Position numbers and translations under genes: made by a program. Positions 26,387 to 38,699 of a stretch of 64,000 nt of DNA are shown here, in pieces (the stretch's first letter is position 1; each line of letters begins with the position of its first letter). This DNA is from Haliotis rufescens. Lineage: Eukaryota. The stretch lies in contig NW_025963957.1 in NCBI RefSeq assembly GCF_023055435.1, positions 6,820,001 through 6,884,000 on the forward strand, in the 5' to 3' direction. The notes below the pieces were generated by a model. That model was not told the origin of the DNA and did not search any database. It was given only the letters and a program-made list of their open reading frames with translations.

Positions 26387-26541
26387 CCGTATTCGACGTA
26401 ATAAGCACCCACAGCGATATTTGCTAATATATTGGCTTTCAATCTTTCAACTGTTTTTTATCTCACCAAAATTATATTCTAATAAGAGCCCCCTATTTCT
26501 AATTTTGAGAGCACCCTGGGGGCTTATTACGTGGAATACGG
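26387..26541. mobile_element. Short pogo/Tigger-like MITE in the TMEM138 3' region
   Basis: TA-CCGTATTCGACGTAATAAGC...GCTTATTACGTGGAATACGG-TA. Confidence 0.7.
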
Positions 26542-27098
26542 TAATGCTACAAGATATACATGCTGCTACTGTACAAAAGCCATATTAAGTACATTTGGGA
26601 TGTCAGGTCAGGCTAATGTTATACATCTACTGTGGACGGATATACACCTTGTGTGGTAACTTGTGACCGTAGGATTTTTAGTGAATCATTTGCCTTCAAA
26701 TGTTCAATTCCAGTATAACTACCTCATTACAAACACAATGCATTGGACACTAAGGAATGTCATAACATCATGCAGAACACCTACCGAGGTACTATGACCT
26801 TGACATTACCATGATTACGTGTCGTAGATAGCAACTTAATATTCTGTCTTGTCAAAATATCTCTGAGTACCGGTAATACCAAATGCCACATATGTTCTGA
26901 CAAGAATTCATATGCTTCTGTCAAGTTGATACATCTACCGATACCTGAAACCATTCTTATAATCTTGAGACTTTAGGTAGAGATTCTCTTTGTAGTCATG
27001 GACAGAATATCACACTTCTTTCCAAGTCACGAGGGATGGATTGTTTAGTGTCCTATCAAACTGGACCAGAATCTGCTAATTGACAGACACATATCCCA

Positions 27099-30000
27099 TT
27101 ATCTCCTCCTCTCAAACTCCCGTCGGATCCATTCTGAGTCCTGGTAGAACCTTGGGTCACCGAGCTTCAGCGCCGTTCTCTTGTAGAAGAAGTAGTAGAG
27201 GACAGCAACTGCAGGGAGAGACACAGAAGAGTTAGCAGCAGCGTGGGATGAATGGAAGAGTGAACTTCTGAATACATTGAGTGAGTGAGTGAGTGAGTGA
27301 GTGAGTGAGTGAGTATGGTTTTACATCGCTTTCAGCAATATTCCAGCAATATCAAGGCTGGGGACACCAAAATTGGGCTTCACACATTGTACCCATGTGG
27401 AATCGAGTCCGGGTCTTCAGTGTGACGAGTGAACACTTTAACCACAAGGCAACCCCACCGCCCCACTAACCTAGCCTGGGTGTTAGGTGTGTATATTGTT
27501 TACGAAGCGGTCAGCAATATCTCAGAGATGTCACAGTGTAACTGATTAAATCTGTACCAGGAAAACCTATGTTGATGTTGCGAGCAATGTTCCACGCTAT
27601 CGGGGTATGATGACCTCCAATCAGCCATGTCAGCAAGAATGACCATGCAATTTAATCACCTGCTGAGACCAGCATAGAATATGATCAAGTACTGGGTACT
27701 TATTCTGAAAAAGATTACATTTGTTTTTCTGTTTTTTTAGGCATTTTGCATGAGTAATTAACCATCTTAGGAGCCAATGACTTGACATAATCATAACATC
27801 CCCACATCTTAGTGAAAGTAGAGTAAAACAGACCAAGCCTTCTCTTAAAGTTATCAGAAATAACATACCAGTTCTCTGAATGACGAAGAGGATCCGATAT
27901 CCAGTTACATCCCAGATGTACCTGTCAGGGTCGTCCCACCTCAAGGTCTGAAATGTACAGTGAAATACACAACATCGGTCCATCAAGTTGTCAGTGACAG
28001 AAATATGGACCAATGCTATCAAAAAGCTGACCAATCTTATCTATCTGGAAGAAAGACTATTTGGGTAAGTAACACTCACATCTTGTCTAGGAAGCAAGAA
28101 TCAAGCAACACCAGCTTTTGTGAATACTCACAATCGTAGCTCAACATACAAGCAACGCCACATGACAAGGGAATATTGTAGTATAAAGCAAATGGCAGAT
28201 CAAATGTAAGCTTAATGATTGCATAAAAATATTGAAGTGGAGCTCATAATAGTTATATCCATGCAAATGTCAAGTCATCTGCAACAACACAAACAATTCT
28301 ACACATGTAAGATTCATGACTTTATCTATAGCGAGTCAATCAAAATAATTCTCATCGATTCACCATGACAAACTAACCACATCCCAACATCTCTCCCCCC
28401 ACATCCCAACATCCTTCTCATACAGAAGTACACGGCTAATGTAATTGCCAGTCTCAGATCCCTGATCTCCAGTGAACTTCGTTATCATAATTACAGTTAC
28501 CTTGAAAATTTAATATTACTGACACCACAAGAATACAATGGAAAATTTATCTGAAGTTATTTTTCGACCTTTGAAGGAGTTAACAATATTCAAGTCATGT
28601 AACCATGACAACGTATCTTGTGGATACAAGCAGATGAAAGCAGTGGTGGTGTGAAGTGTGCAGCGGTCACCAGGATGAAGTGATGAACAGTGTGCATGGA
28701 GTGAGGAGACAGGGAGGTCTCACGAGGAGCAAGTACGAAATGATGACTGTCAGTATCCTGAGACTTCAGTGCTTCTTATCTCTAAAATTTCTTTTGAGCG
28801 CTGTGAAAGGACTGAGATGAGACACCCATCTAGCAAGACTTGGGCATGGTTTGTTGCAATAATTTGAAAAAGTTTAAATAGATTTATAATAAAACATTGA
28901 TCAATGATTTATCATTTACAGCATTGTTTCTTGTGTGTATGTCTAACAACACAGGACATTGAATACCCAGAAAGAAATGTTCACCGAGATCGGCGAGATG
29001 AATAATACACCTATCATTTATAGGCCACTGTTAGCAATATTTGTGTTGGGGACATCAAATATGAGCTTTACACGTTTTCCCACTGGGATTCAAACTTGCA
29101 GCTTGGTGTAACAAACAGACTATTTACCTGCTGGGCCACCCGTATGACCTCAAACACAGACGGTACAAGATGTCCACACAATCAAACATGGTTCATGGGC
29201 CGGGGTGCAGGATTAATAGCACATTCAAGACATCTATCGTACAAAGTTCAAGTACAACAGAAACACATCTACACAACGTCATCAACACGAAGAATGTCAC
29301 TAGACTACCACGCTGTTAAACAACCTAATCAAACTGACGGGGGAAAATAACGACAACAACATATTGTTAAAGTGATCTGTTTACATTTCAAGATGAAAGT
29401 AAAGTTGCCGAGATTTAAGGTCACATACCATGCTTGCTGGTGTGTGGAGATTACCCTTGTCAGACAGCTGAATATTGTCAATATTTCACCTCATTTACCT
29501 GCGTATGAATATAATCTGGACGATATCTGTCTTCCTATATCAACTTTCAGTAACAAAATGTTAACACTCAAAAATCTCTTTGAGAAACTGAAGTATATTG
29601 GACAAGATGGACAGGTCTACACACGGACAACTGGACAGAATAGTTCCACGGATGTGTAGAATAATTTTATGTTTATTTATTTACAAAACCTATCATCTGA
29701 TCATTTCTTGTACACTGTCATCATGCTCTGCATAGTGTGAACAAACACAGTGTTCACGTTTCCAGTACAGACCAATGCCACATGATCCTAGAGCAAATAT
29801 TCTTAAAAACTACATATCACAAGATTTATTTTTCCCACCTTAAAGATGCTATGTAACAATACCACCTTATGGGGGAAAACTACAACGTGTTGAAACTTGT
29901 CACTTGTTGTGGACCAGGGGACCTGTACATTGATGCCAGGAATCCAGGTTACCATGGTTACTGGTGCAATCTTGTTAGTCAAGTTACTCATCAGTGTAAA

Positions 30001-33000
30001 TGCAGTGTACATATCAAGCCATTACAAACTAATGGAAACAGAAAAAAAATATAAAAAATATTGCAGAAGAAAGTTTTGAATATAACTCCACTGCGTCATA
30101 CAAACAGACCAGCCTTCAGTGTAAATATGTTTCCAATGAAAAAGTGAGTGAAAATAAGTTGGCAAGCATACATATTTGTTATTTGTATCGGTTTGTTTCC
30201 AATGATACACAAGTGAGAACAGTATGGGTACAGAGTGAAGCATTGACAATATTCCAGCTGTGATTCTTGTCTGACAACGTAATCAATGAAAGAAAAAGTG
30301 GAGTACACGAGACAGAAACTGATTTGAAGCTGTGTTGATAGAGTGTTCCAAATAGAACACCTAAAGCCATACCTGTGAGTCAAACAATACCTAGAAATCA
30401 CAAAAACATTTGGGCTATGTATCTATTTTCCAAGGCCATCAAAATCTACATTATCATGGAGATAGACATGAATGTGTTCCTGAACATAAACTAGGCATAC
30501 TGAAAAAAGATTACTTGCAGTACAACGAAAATGATAATTAACTGTGTTGACTGTGTCAGTTGAATTATTTTTAAGACAACAATACTGTAAATCTTGAAAT
30601 TAACGCGAATATGAATTAAATGTGAAAAATGCGAGTGGTCTTTTAACTTCGCATTTATGTCTCCAAATGACTGCCAACAATAAGACGGCCTCACTGCACA
30701 CTTTGGATAGTGGAAATACCAACTTAATCATAAACACAAACACGGTTTATTGAGCAGCAGATGAAACAAGTATATGACAATGTCATTCAAAGAATAGGAA
30801 TTACACAATGGGCATGGGGTGAGTTATCACTGCTGGGGTCAAGAGTTCTACCCACTCATGTCAAGCTTGTTGACACCTTCTCCGCATACCAATCAGTGAA
30901 CTGTTGTTGGATCAATTATTTTATTGCCTTTAAACTTCCTTAATGCCACTCAACAGAGTAAACAAATAAACTGTGGGTTGTTTTTAGAAAAAAACACTGT
31001 TTATTGTTTTTACGGGAGTGCTTTACTCAGCACTAATAAGCAGTGGTATTTGTGTTTGATTGGGTTAAGGTAAGGATGTGTATCCTTCCACTGGGATGGG
31101 GTGGGGAGAGTCACAGTGATATTGAGTTGCTTTTTTGGCAAGCAGTCGTATTAATTTGGAGACGCATTAATTTCCAGATTTACAGTATCATGTTTACCAT
31201 CTTCACAAGATCTTTTATATAGGGACTGTTTATCATGGTTATATACTGCATCATTACATTGCATTCTGGGAAGAGGAGACAACAGGCTGCTATTGTTGTA
31301 TCTGCATTTTTGGACTTGTGTTGGTCAGAATTAGATACAAATAACATAGAAAAGAGAAGTATGTGTATAAAACTGCTTAAAAGGTGCAATTCAAACTACA
31401 TGAATCAAAAGAATGTATTTTAAAAACAATCTTTAAAAATCACTTTATTAGTTATTGAAGTAACTTGTTCCAAAAATATTTATCATTCATATTCACGAAC
31501 AACAACTTATACACAAAAAGATTGCGCAAAGTGGGGTTAATGCCACTTTAAACAGCCATTCAGTATGTCAGTTTAATATCGGGGAAGGTTCAAATAGACG
31601 CAGGTCATAGACGTGCAACCACTGTGGTGATGGCCCTCGTCATGGCAACATGGGACAATGATCATCATCATGTTCAATGTGGGATCTTAACCAATGATCA
31701 GCGGATCCTGCCATGCAAAGGGATGCAACTCTGTACATTACATCGAGGCATCCAAGACATCCATTAAACAAATACAACAAGTATCTGTAATACAACACTG
31801 TCCATGTTGTATGATGGTGATTCCATACCAAGCCAACAAGCCAATAAAAATAGGAAAATGTGAACATACTCAACGAGCATAAATATTACTCTACTTAGTA
31901 ACTTTCTAACAATAATAAAGCACTTGGTTGCTACAGAGAGAAAGATCTATATACTAAACTAGAAACAATCAGTATTATCATATAGAGGTCTTTATCTTGC
32001 TTCTCAATTCTACAACTTAATAGATGTAACAGCATATATCGCTTCAAATAGGCATCACACACGTTACTAATACAGGACATGCAGTATGATAATAAAACAA
32101 AAACATTAAACATGCCAGAAACTTTGTCAAATACAATTCGTGCCATGCAGGTTGAACATATATTGTTTTACTTTGCATGTTTGGCACAATCAACTTTCAA
32201 AAAACCCACATGCAATCAACTCTAAATCATAAAGACTTTATGTTTATTACTGAAAGATGTCTTTGAGATTATGTTATAAATTATGTTACAATTCGAATTT
32301 TGTTAAAAAAATGAATGAGTTCAGTTAGCATCAGCAACATTTCAGCTAAATTCTGCAGGAAATAGCTAAGTGAACACTTACTTACAATAACAACTTAATT
32401 CAAGAGAGCAAATGACAGATGTTATATATAGTAAACTATGGTTATAACGAACTAATTTTAGTTCATAATAGCCGTAGGTCGTTGTAAGCACATAAACAGC
32501 ACACATACAAGAAATGGCCGGGACTAAAAATGAGTTTGTTATATTGGTAAGTTCGTTATATGCGTGTTCATTATAAACAGAGTTTACCGTAATATATCAT
32601 CGATTACAAGTCATTTACTTTAATCAATGCTTTAAAACTGAAGAATCTTACCATTCCCCAGACATGCAGCGCTACATTCAGCATGAAGTAGACGAAGGTC
32701 ACACAGATCGGCACACGGAACTTGTTGACTAGGATATTGACGAGGCCTGCTTGGAAGATGTATGTATTGAAGAACAACAGGAATACCACGATCACTGCGA
32801 ACAGGATGCAGACGTCTTGAATGCTGAAACAATAATTAGAGAGTGATTAGTTTAGACATACACCATGTTGAAGTTTTGTAACTGATTATAAGTTATATCC
32901 CAACATGTCAGCTAATATAGGCGGAAAGCCCTACATGCTGTGCAGGTTACCACTTTGGTGAAACCCACCTGGGCAATTGTTTGATAGGCGTTACTTAGAT

Positions 33001-33695
33001 TTTGACAGATGACAAAGTAGACACAATTTATGGACAACAACTTCTTTATTTACTGGAAACACGACCTTTTCGTTATAGATCCTTATACTGTTGTGGTTCA
33101 GCCTTGCTTGACTACGGTTGCTTGACAACGGTATAAGGATCTGTAGCAAACGTCTCCTTTGCAGTAAATAAAGACGTTGTTATCCACAGATTGTGTCTAC
33201 TTTGCCACCAGTGCAAGACTGGTGCCAACAAACAAAACAATACAATGAGGGGGATTCTGGGACTTCAACTCCTGATCCCATCATGGTTAGGGGAGGCAAC
33301 TCTGCACTGTAAATTGTGTTATGCCTCATACCACTGGGCCCTCCTCCATGCCTCCTTGGAAGTTGAAAACTCATGTTCCATGTTCCAAGCTACTCTATTG
33401 TTGCATTCTCTTGCCATAAACAGGATAAAGATACAATCAAATTCTGGTATCATATCATCTTTTCTAAAACTGAACATTCAGAACTGGAGACACTTTGTTC
33501 ACAAGGTAACCACAATGGATCCATATACATGTTCCTCAGTGAACCAGTCCCAGACACTCCTTCCACTTACACAAACGTGATGAGCAGAATGACATTCTGA
33601 AATCGGAGCATCTCCGTGAAGGAGTTGAGAACCAGATCCACCAACAGCAGCAGGTACTGCAAGTACAGGATCGGCTGGTACCGACTGACATTCAT
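27099..33695 (-). CDS. TMEM138: Transmembrane protein 138 (ciliary), 161 aa, 4 coding exons
   Basis: Exons 33695-33571 ([30 protein letters not shown]...), 32823-32652 (IQDVCILF...[15 protein letters not shown]...LHVWGM), 27947-27869 ([12 protein letters not shown]...FVIQRT), 27208-27099 ([36 protein letters not shown]). GT-AG, phases consistent. Candidate AATAAA (minus strand) at 25925-25930 and 25989-25994. Confidence 0.95.
27279..27465 (-). mobile_element. Short tRNA-derived SINE with (ACTC)n tail
   Basis: Aligns by eye to 12580-12756. Confidence 0.75.
32429..32589. mobile_element. Short Tigger-like MITE
   Basis: TAGTAAACTATGGTTATAACGAAC mirrored by GTTCATTATAAACAGAGTTTACCG; TA flanks. 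Confidence 0.55.
32977..33212. mobile_element. Palindromic Penelope-like terminal-repeat derivative with degenerate hammerhead motif
   Basis: Two inverted arms (GACAAAGTAGACACAATTTATGGACAACAACTTCTTTATT... and its reverse complement). Motif TTGACAAC-GGTATA-AGGATC-TGTAGC-AAACGTC at 33122-33154. Related copies at 39610-39800 and 62626-62800. Confidence 0.6.
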
Positions 33696-34761
33696 CTTGA
33701 CAGCTGATGTACACGGCTACTGCGGGGTAGTTTAAAGCGTCATCACTGGAATACACCCTACCCTTCTCTGCTGTCACGTTAAGGATGCATATGCTTACAT
33801 TGTTGATTCTGAAAAAGACAAAAACAATGATATAACAACATCTGACTTTGATACAATTTGCAACTGCAATTCACAGCATATTCAAATGCCTACTTTCTGT
33901 CCTTCATATTCTTAGCGCCACGATTGTCATAAGTCTATGTTAAAGTACTGGGAGTAATGATCGTCTTAGTGTTAATGTCGCTTTGTGGATCAGGGCCCTG
34001 ACTTCTAATTTTGTTCCATCTGTCCATAGCAATCAAGTTTACAACATCTTTCATCTCTATCAGGAGCAGACTGGGCCTTTAAAATTTGGGCTACGACCAA
34101 AACATCTTGAAGTTAATGCTTCGTCACGAACATTGAGTATGTATCCAATGTATGTGTAAATAAACAATATTGGTTGTTGGGACAACATGACCTGCATCAC
34201 CTAGCTACTACAACATCAAACAAAGAAATAGTGTCAAAGTGAGAGATAATTTCTACAGATGAATATTTATTCCCCCGGAATATTTATATCAGATGTATAT
34301 CTGAGAGTAATTCCTTGCTCACCAGGTCCGGTCACAACATTTCAAGGTGTATGCAAATTTCAATGCTGCGCTCAGATGATTGGGTGCTTTGAGGTTTATT
34401 TGACATGACCGAAAAGAATGGTAACTCTTCCTTAAAGGGACCTTTATTGGTATCTTTGCCTTGAGATTTAACTGACGCCTTCAAATTAGAAGGTATGTTA
34501 TCTCCACACTCAAATCACCAGACACCTCGTAATCAATAACAAGGCAAGAGAGGTAATCCATGGTGTCTTTTCAAAATGGCAGCAATATCACGTACTACAA
34601 ACTTAAAAAGTGCAAAAAAGGAAAGTGTTGTACATTCATCTCCAAATTATTTCTTGCATTAAAGGGACAGGGCATGGACCATTCTGAAGCTTTGTTTGTA
34701 AACAATAGCTGATAACCCCAAGCTAAAAACAGCACTGCTTGCCTTATCTGTTTTTTTTCCA

Positions 34762-34920
34762 GTGACCACACAGCGGGTGTAGGCTTATCACGTGACCACA
34801 CAGCGGGTGTAGGCTTATCACGTGACCACACAGCGGGTGTAGGCTTATCACGTGACCACACAGCGGGTGTAGGCTTATCACGTGACCACACATCGGGTGT
34901 AGGCTTATCACGTGACCACA
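34762..34920. repeat. 30-bp minisatellite, about 5 copies
   Basis: GTGACCACACAGCGGGTGTAGGCTTATCAC. Confidence 0.95.
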
Positions 34921-35240
34921 GACTTTCATCTTGTTTGTAAACAAACACACTTATGCAAGCCTTTCAGTGCACTTTACATGTTGTTTTGCATAATCAAATA
35001 AATATACTATTTCAACTATAACAGTGAGGTGTATGACAATATAACTTTACACCTCAAATTGACCGCATATCGCTAGCTCTTTGTAGGCTTTGATGACAGG
35101 ATGTGGAGGATAAATATGCAAATGAAAATAGTTTTTCATGTTTTAGGATATGTTCTAAATAAAAGGTAAACATTTCATGACATATGTGTAGACTCATCCA
35201 TATGAAACAGATGAAAAACACATGAATGGACTGTGTAAGA

Positions 35241-36827
35241 TAGGGCTTCAAGTGTCCAAAAATATGGACTCGAGTACCCAAGGGGTGAGACTCGGCTCGT
35301 GCTCGAGTACCCGCAATTATACATCAGGTCAATAAAATTGGCAATTATCCTATCGTATACAAAATCAAAGAGTCACAATGACATCGTAGATCACAAAAAA
35401 AACCAATGTGATTGCGTATCCAAAAAAATACCTTTGAAATTTGTATGCTGATTCGCTGAAGCTTCATTGAAATAAGAATTGTCAACTTGGGAAAAGAAAT
35501 TGTTTACATCTCAATGTAACACACATCATGTTCAGGGTGAAAAAAATATTGCACACGTGATGTATGTTGCGATTGGTGATTGGCTGGATTTTGGCGGGCT
35601 GGTTTCTAAGGTATACCCTATATGATTAATAAGATCATTTGATGCCAGTGCCGAAGGAAATTGTCAATAAATGACAAAATATAGATAATAAGTCAAAAGT
35701 AATATTTTAAATATTATCACAAATTTACAAGTCAGTTTTTACCTTTTTCTTAATTGAAAACATTGAAAGATTACTAGGCTTGTAAATTTACATCTTCTCG
35801 AGGCAAGAGAGTTAACTGACTATAAAAGTCCAGTTTCCACCCTTGCCGAACTAGGCTGGTATTATGGAGTTACATTTTGGCTGGACTAACGAGTCTATGC
35901 ATAGTCCAATTAAAATCGCACACCAAAATCGAAATCCGGTTCGTAAACTGTCGTGCAGATTTCAGTCGATTGCAGAATTTGCAAAGCATGTGCACCACCA
36001 ACTCGTTGTCAGCAGATATTTTCCAAATCTTTTCATGTTATTAATCAAGTGCTCACGTGATTTGATGCATTTCACGATGTAAGACCCGTTTTATCACAAT
36101 ATAGATCTTGATTATTGATCAGATCATCTTGACCGGGCACCACCATTTTGTGTGAAGCAAACGCAAGTGATGCGAGAGGTGGAATCTGATTGGTCCATAG
36201 GAGAGGCTAAGAAGGGACATAACTGGTAATAGCCACTGGTGGCGCTACAATTGAGCCCAGTACTTCCAGCCTAGTTCGGCAAGGGTAGAAACTGGGCTTT
36301 TAAAGTCAGTTAACTCTCTTGCCTCGGGAAGATGGTAAATTTATAGTTGACTTATATAACATGTTTTCCCGACATTTGAAGAGATAATTAGAATGTGATA
36401 CAGTAACACAATGTTAATATTCAATAAACTGATGTCCAGTTATAAATATCTTATGAAAATATTGAATTAATAATGATTAACGTTATGACGTTAATTTAGA
36501 ATGAATAGGTCTACTGCTTGCGACAGTTTAATAGTTTCATAAAACATCCCTTTTAAACATGAAATAAAGTACTTTTTTAAACCAGGAACTATCCTTAAGA
36601 AATGGTTGTAAATAAGTGTATTGTCTTGAAACATAACTAAAAGAAAAGCTTTTGACCTTTTTATTTGATTACTCATGAATAAGAAATTTACATAAAGACA
36701 TGTTTCTATTAACTTATTAAAGTTGACCAAATTAGAGTTAACGCACATGGTCGAGTACTCAAGTCCTTCAAACTTGACTCGAGTCCCACTAAACTCGGCC
36801 CGTGCCCGAGTACTCTTTGAAGCCCTA
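35241..36827. mobile_element. hAT-like non-autonomous DNA transposon hosting a nested MITE
   Basis: TIRs TAGGGCTTCAA...TTGAAGCCCTA; perfect 8-bp TSD GTGTAAGA at 35233-35240 and 36828-36835; subterminal CTCGAGT repeats. Confidence 0.85.
35791..36334. mobile_element. MITE with ~70-bp TIRs (CATCTTC...GAAGATG), copy 1
   Basis: Long TIRs; flanking direct repeat GTAAATTTA at 35782-35790 and 36335-36343; closely similar copy at 37590-38094. Confidence 0.88.
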
Positions 36828-37249
36828 GTGTAAGAAGTGACAGGGTTTTCTGTGGCTTTATCGATTATATATATACAGATGACACCAAGACGGCAACAGG
36901 GTGTGAGGCTGATGTTTATTTGTGAATAATCACGATAGACACCCTGTAATAATAAACAACAGATAATATAGTATATGCAGTGACATTGTCGGTTTCACTG
37001 CACAGAGTTCTTTTTGGGGGGTTTGGGAATTCATTTGGGCATGTGCAGATTTCAAGCTTGGAAATTATTTCATGCACGATTTAAAAACACACAGAACCAT
37101 CGAAGTACTGTCCCTCTAAAACTTCGCTCATTTCACCTTGAAGTTTGAGTATGGAAGTTGGTGACCTGATTCACTAGCGAGGGGATGGTTTGATTGGTAT
37201 ACCTGGATCCTTGGCACCGGATCCTCTGATGTCATATCGTAATGAATTG

Positions 37250-38267
37250 CAGAGCTCCAGATAAGCTGCGTATCTGCATAAAATACGCATCAGAAATGCA
37301 GAAATAAGCAGTAAAATAAAATTCAAGCGTATCAAATACGCACAAACATTACAGTGGACTACAAAAATAAAACTTGTGCGTATCATCAAAATATTGTGAA
37401 GTAACCCTGTGTATTCCATTAGCAAATGAGCAACTTATTTTGAAATTATAAACGGGCATTCCGTCAACCTTGCCAAACTCCACGATGACAGTTACATCAT
37501 GATCATTTGCCATCACACTTTCTTGTGGAAGTATTGTAGTATTTTTTAGTCCTATAAAGCTCTCAAACCTATATGACACCAGTTTGCAGCATCTTCCCGA
37601 GGCAAGTGAGTTAACTGACTATAAAAGTCCAGTTTCAACCCTTGCCGAACTAGGCTGGTATTATGGAGTTTCATTTTGGCTGGACTAACGAGTCTATGCA
37701 TAGTCCAATCAAAATCGCGCACCGAAATCGAAATCCGATTCGTAAAGTGTCATGCAAAGCATGTGCACCGCCAACTCGTTTCTAAATCTTTTCATGTTTT
37801 TAATCAAGGTGCTCACGTGATTTGATGCACTTTGCGTTATAAGACTCGTTTTATCACAACGTAGATCATCATTATCGATCAGACCGTCTTGACTGGGCGC
37901 CACCGTTTTGTTTGAAGCAAATACAAGTGATACGAGAGGTTGAATCTGATTGGTCAATAGGAGATGCATAGAAAGGACATAACTCGTAATAGCCACTGGT
38001 GGCGCTACGATCGAGCCCAGGAATTCCAGCCTAGTTCGGCAAGGGTGGAAACTGGACTTCGTAAGTCAGTTAACTCTCTTGCCTCGGGAAGATGGGTTGC
38101 AGGGACTAGATGAATAGTGTTTTTTAAATATTTAACTTAAATACCCACATGTGTAAAAACTAGTGGGTAACAGAAATTTGAATACCCAGATAGAATTACT
38201 GATACCCAATGATTTTAAAATGCATGGGTTAAATGCCCACAACACCAAAAGCTTATCTGGAACTCTG
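37250..38267. mobile_element. TIR element (CAGAGCTCCAGATAAGC...GCTTATCTGGAACTCTG) hosting MITE copy 2
   Basis: 17-bp TIR with one mismatch; GAATTG directly repeated on both flanks. Confidence 0.7.
37590..38094. mobile_element. MITE with ~70-bp TIRs, copy 2
   Basis: Same family as 35791-36334; flanks GTTTGCAG and GGTTGCAG (7/8 match). Confidence 0.85.
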
Positions 38268-38699
38268 GAATTGTAAACTAAATTTGCTAAAAAAAACAAA
38301 ACTTTGCTGCATTTTCCAGATATACTACGTGCTACATCAGCTGTACATGATGATTATGTTCCATGCCTGTGGCAAATCGTAATGTAAGGCCAATGAGAGT
38401 GTAGTGGTCGATATGATAAACGCCAAGTAAATTTTGAGTGAGTACGTATGCCTTGAAATCTGGCGCTGCGTCCAGACCTGCACATATGCCTATGGGCCTC
38501 CGTCTATCATGGACGTTATTAAAGGCAAGTTATAATTCCACTGTCTATCCGCTTTAAAAATTTATATCATTCGCATGTTAAGAGAATAAACAAGTTATCG
38601 AACTGTTAGATCGTTTTGTGAGTAAACAGACTTGAATGAAATAAATCTAAATAACAGAAGATACCCGCCAAATGAAATTCCTACTATCTTGCATGAGTG

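Noticed and set aside
28750-28800. Possible alternative TMEM138 exon ([16 protein letters not shown]) after a good minus-strand acceptor
   Set aside because: No homology or transcript support; acceptor-like sites occur by chance.
33799-33808. Possible 10-nt 5' UTR micro-exon of TMEM138 (TTTTTCAG|AATCAACAAT|GTAAGC)
   Set aside because: It would leave a 53-nt intron and cannot be distinguished from a longer UTR exon without cDNA.
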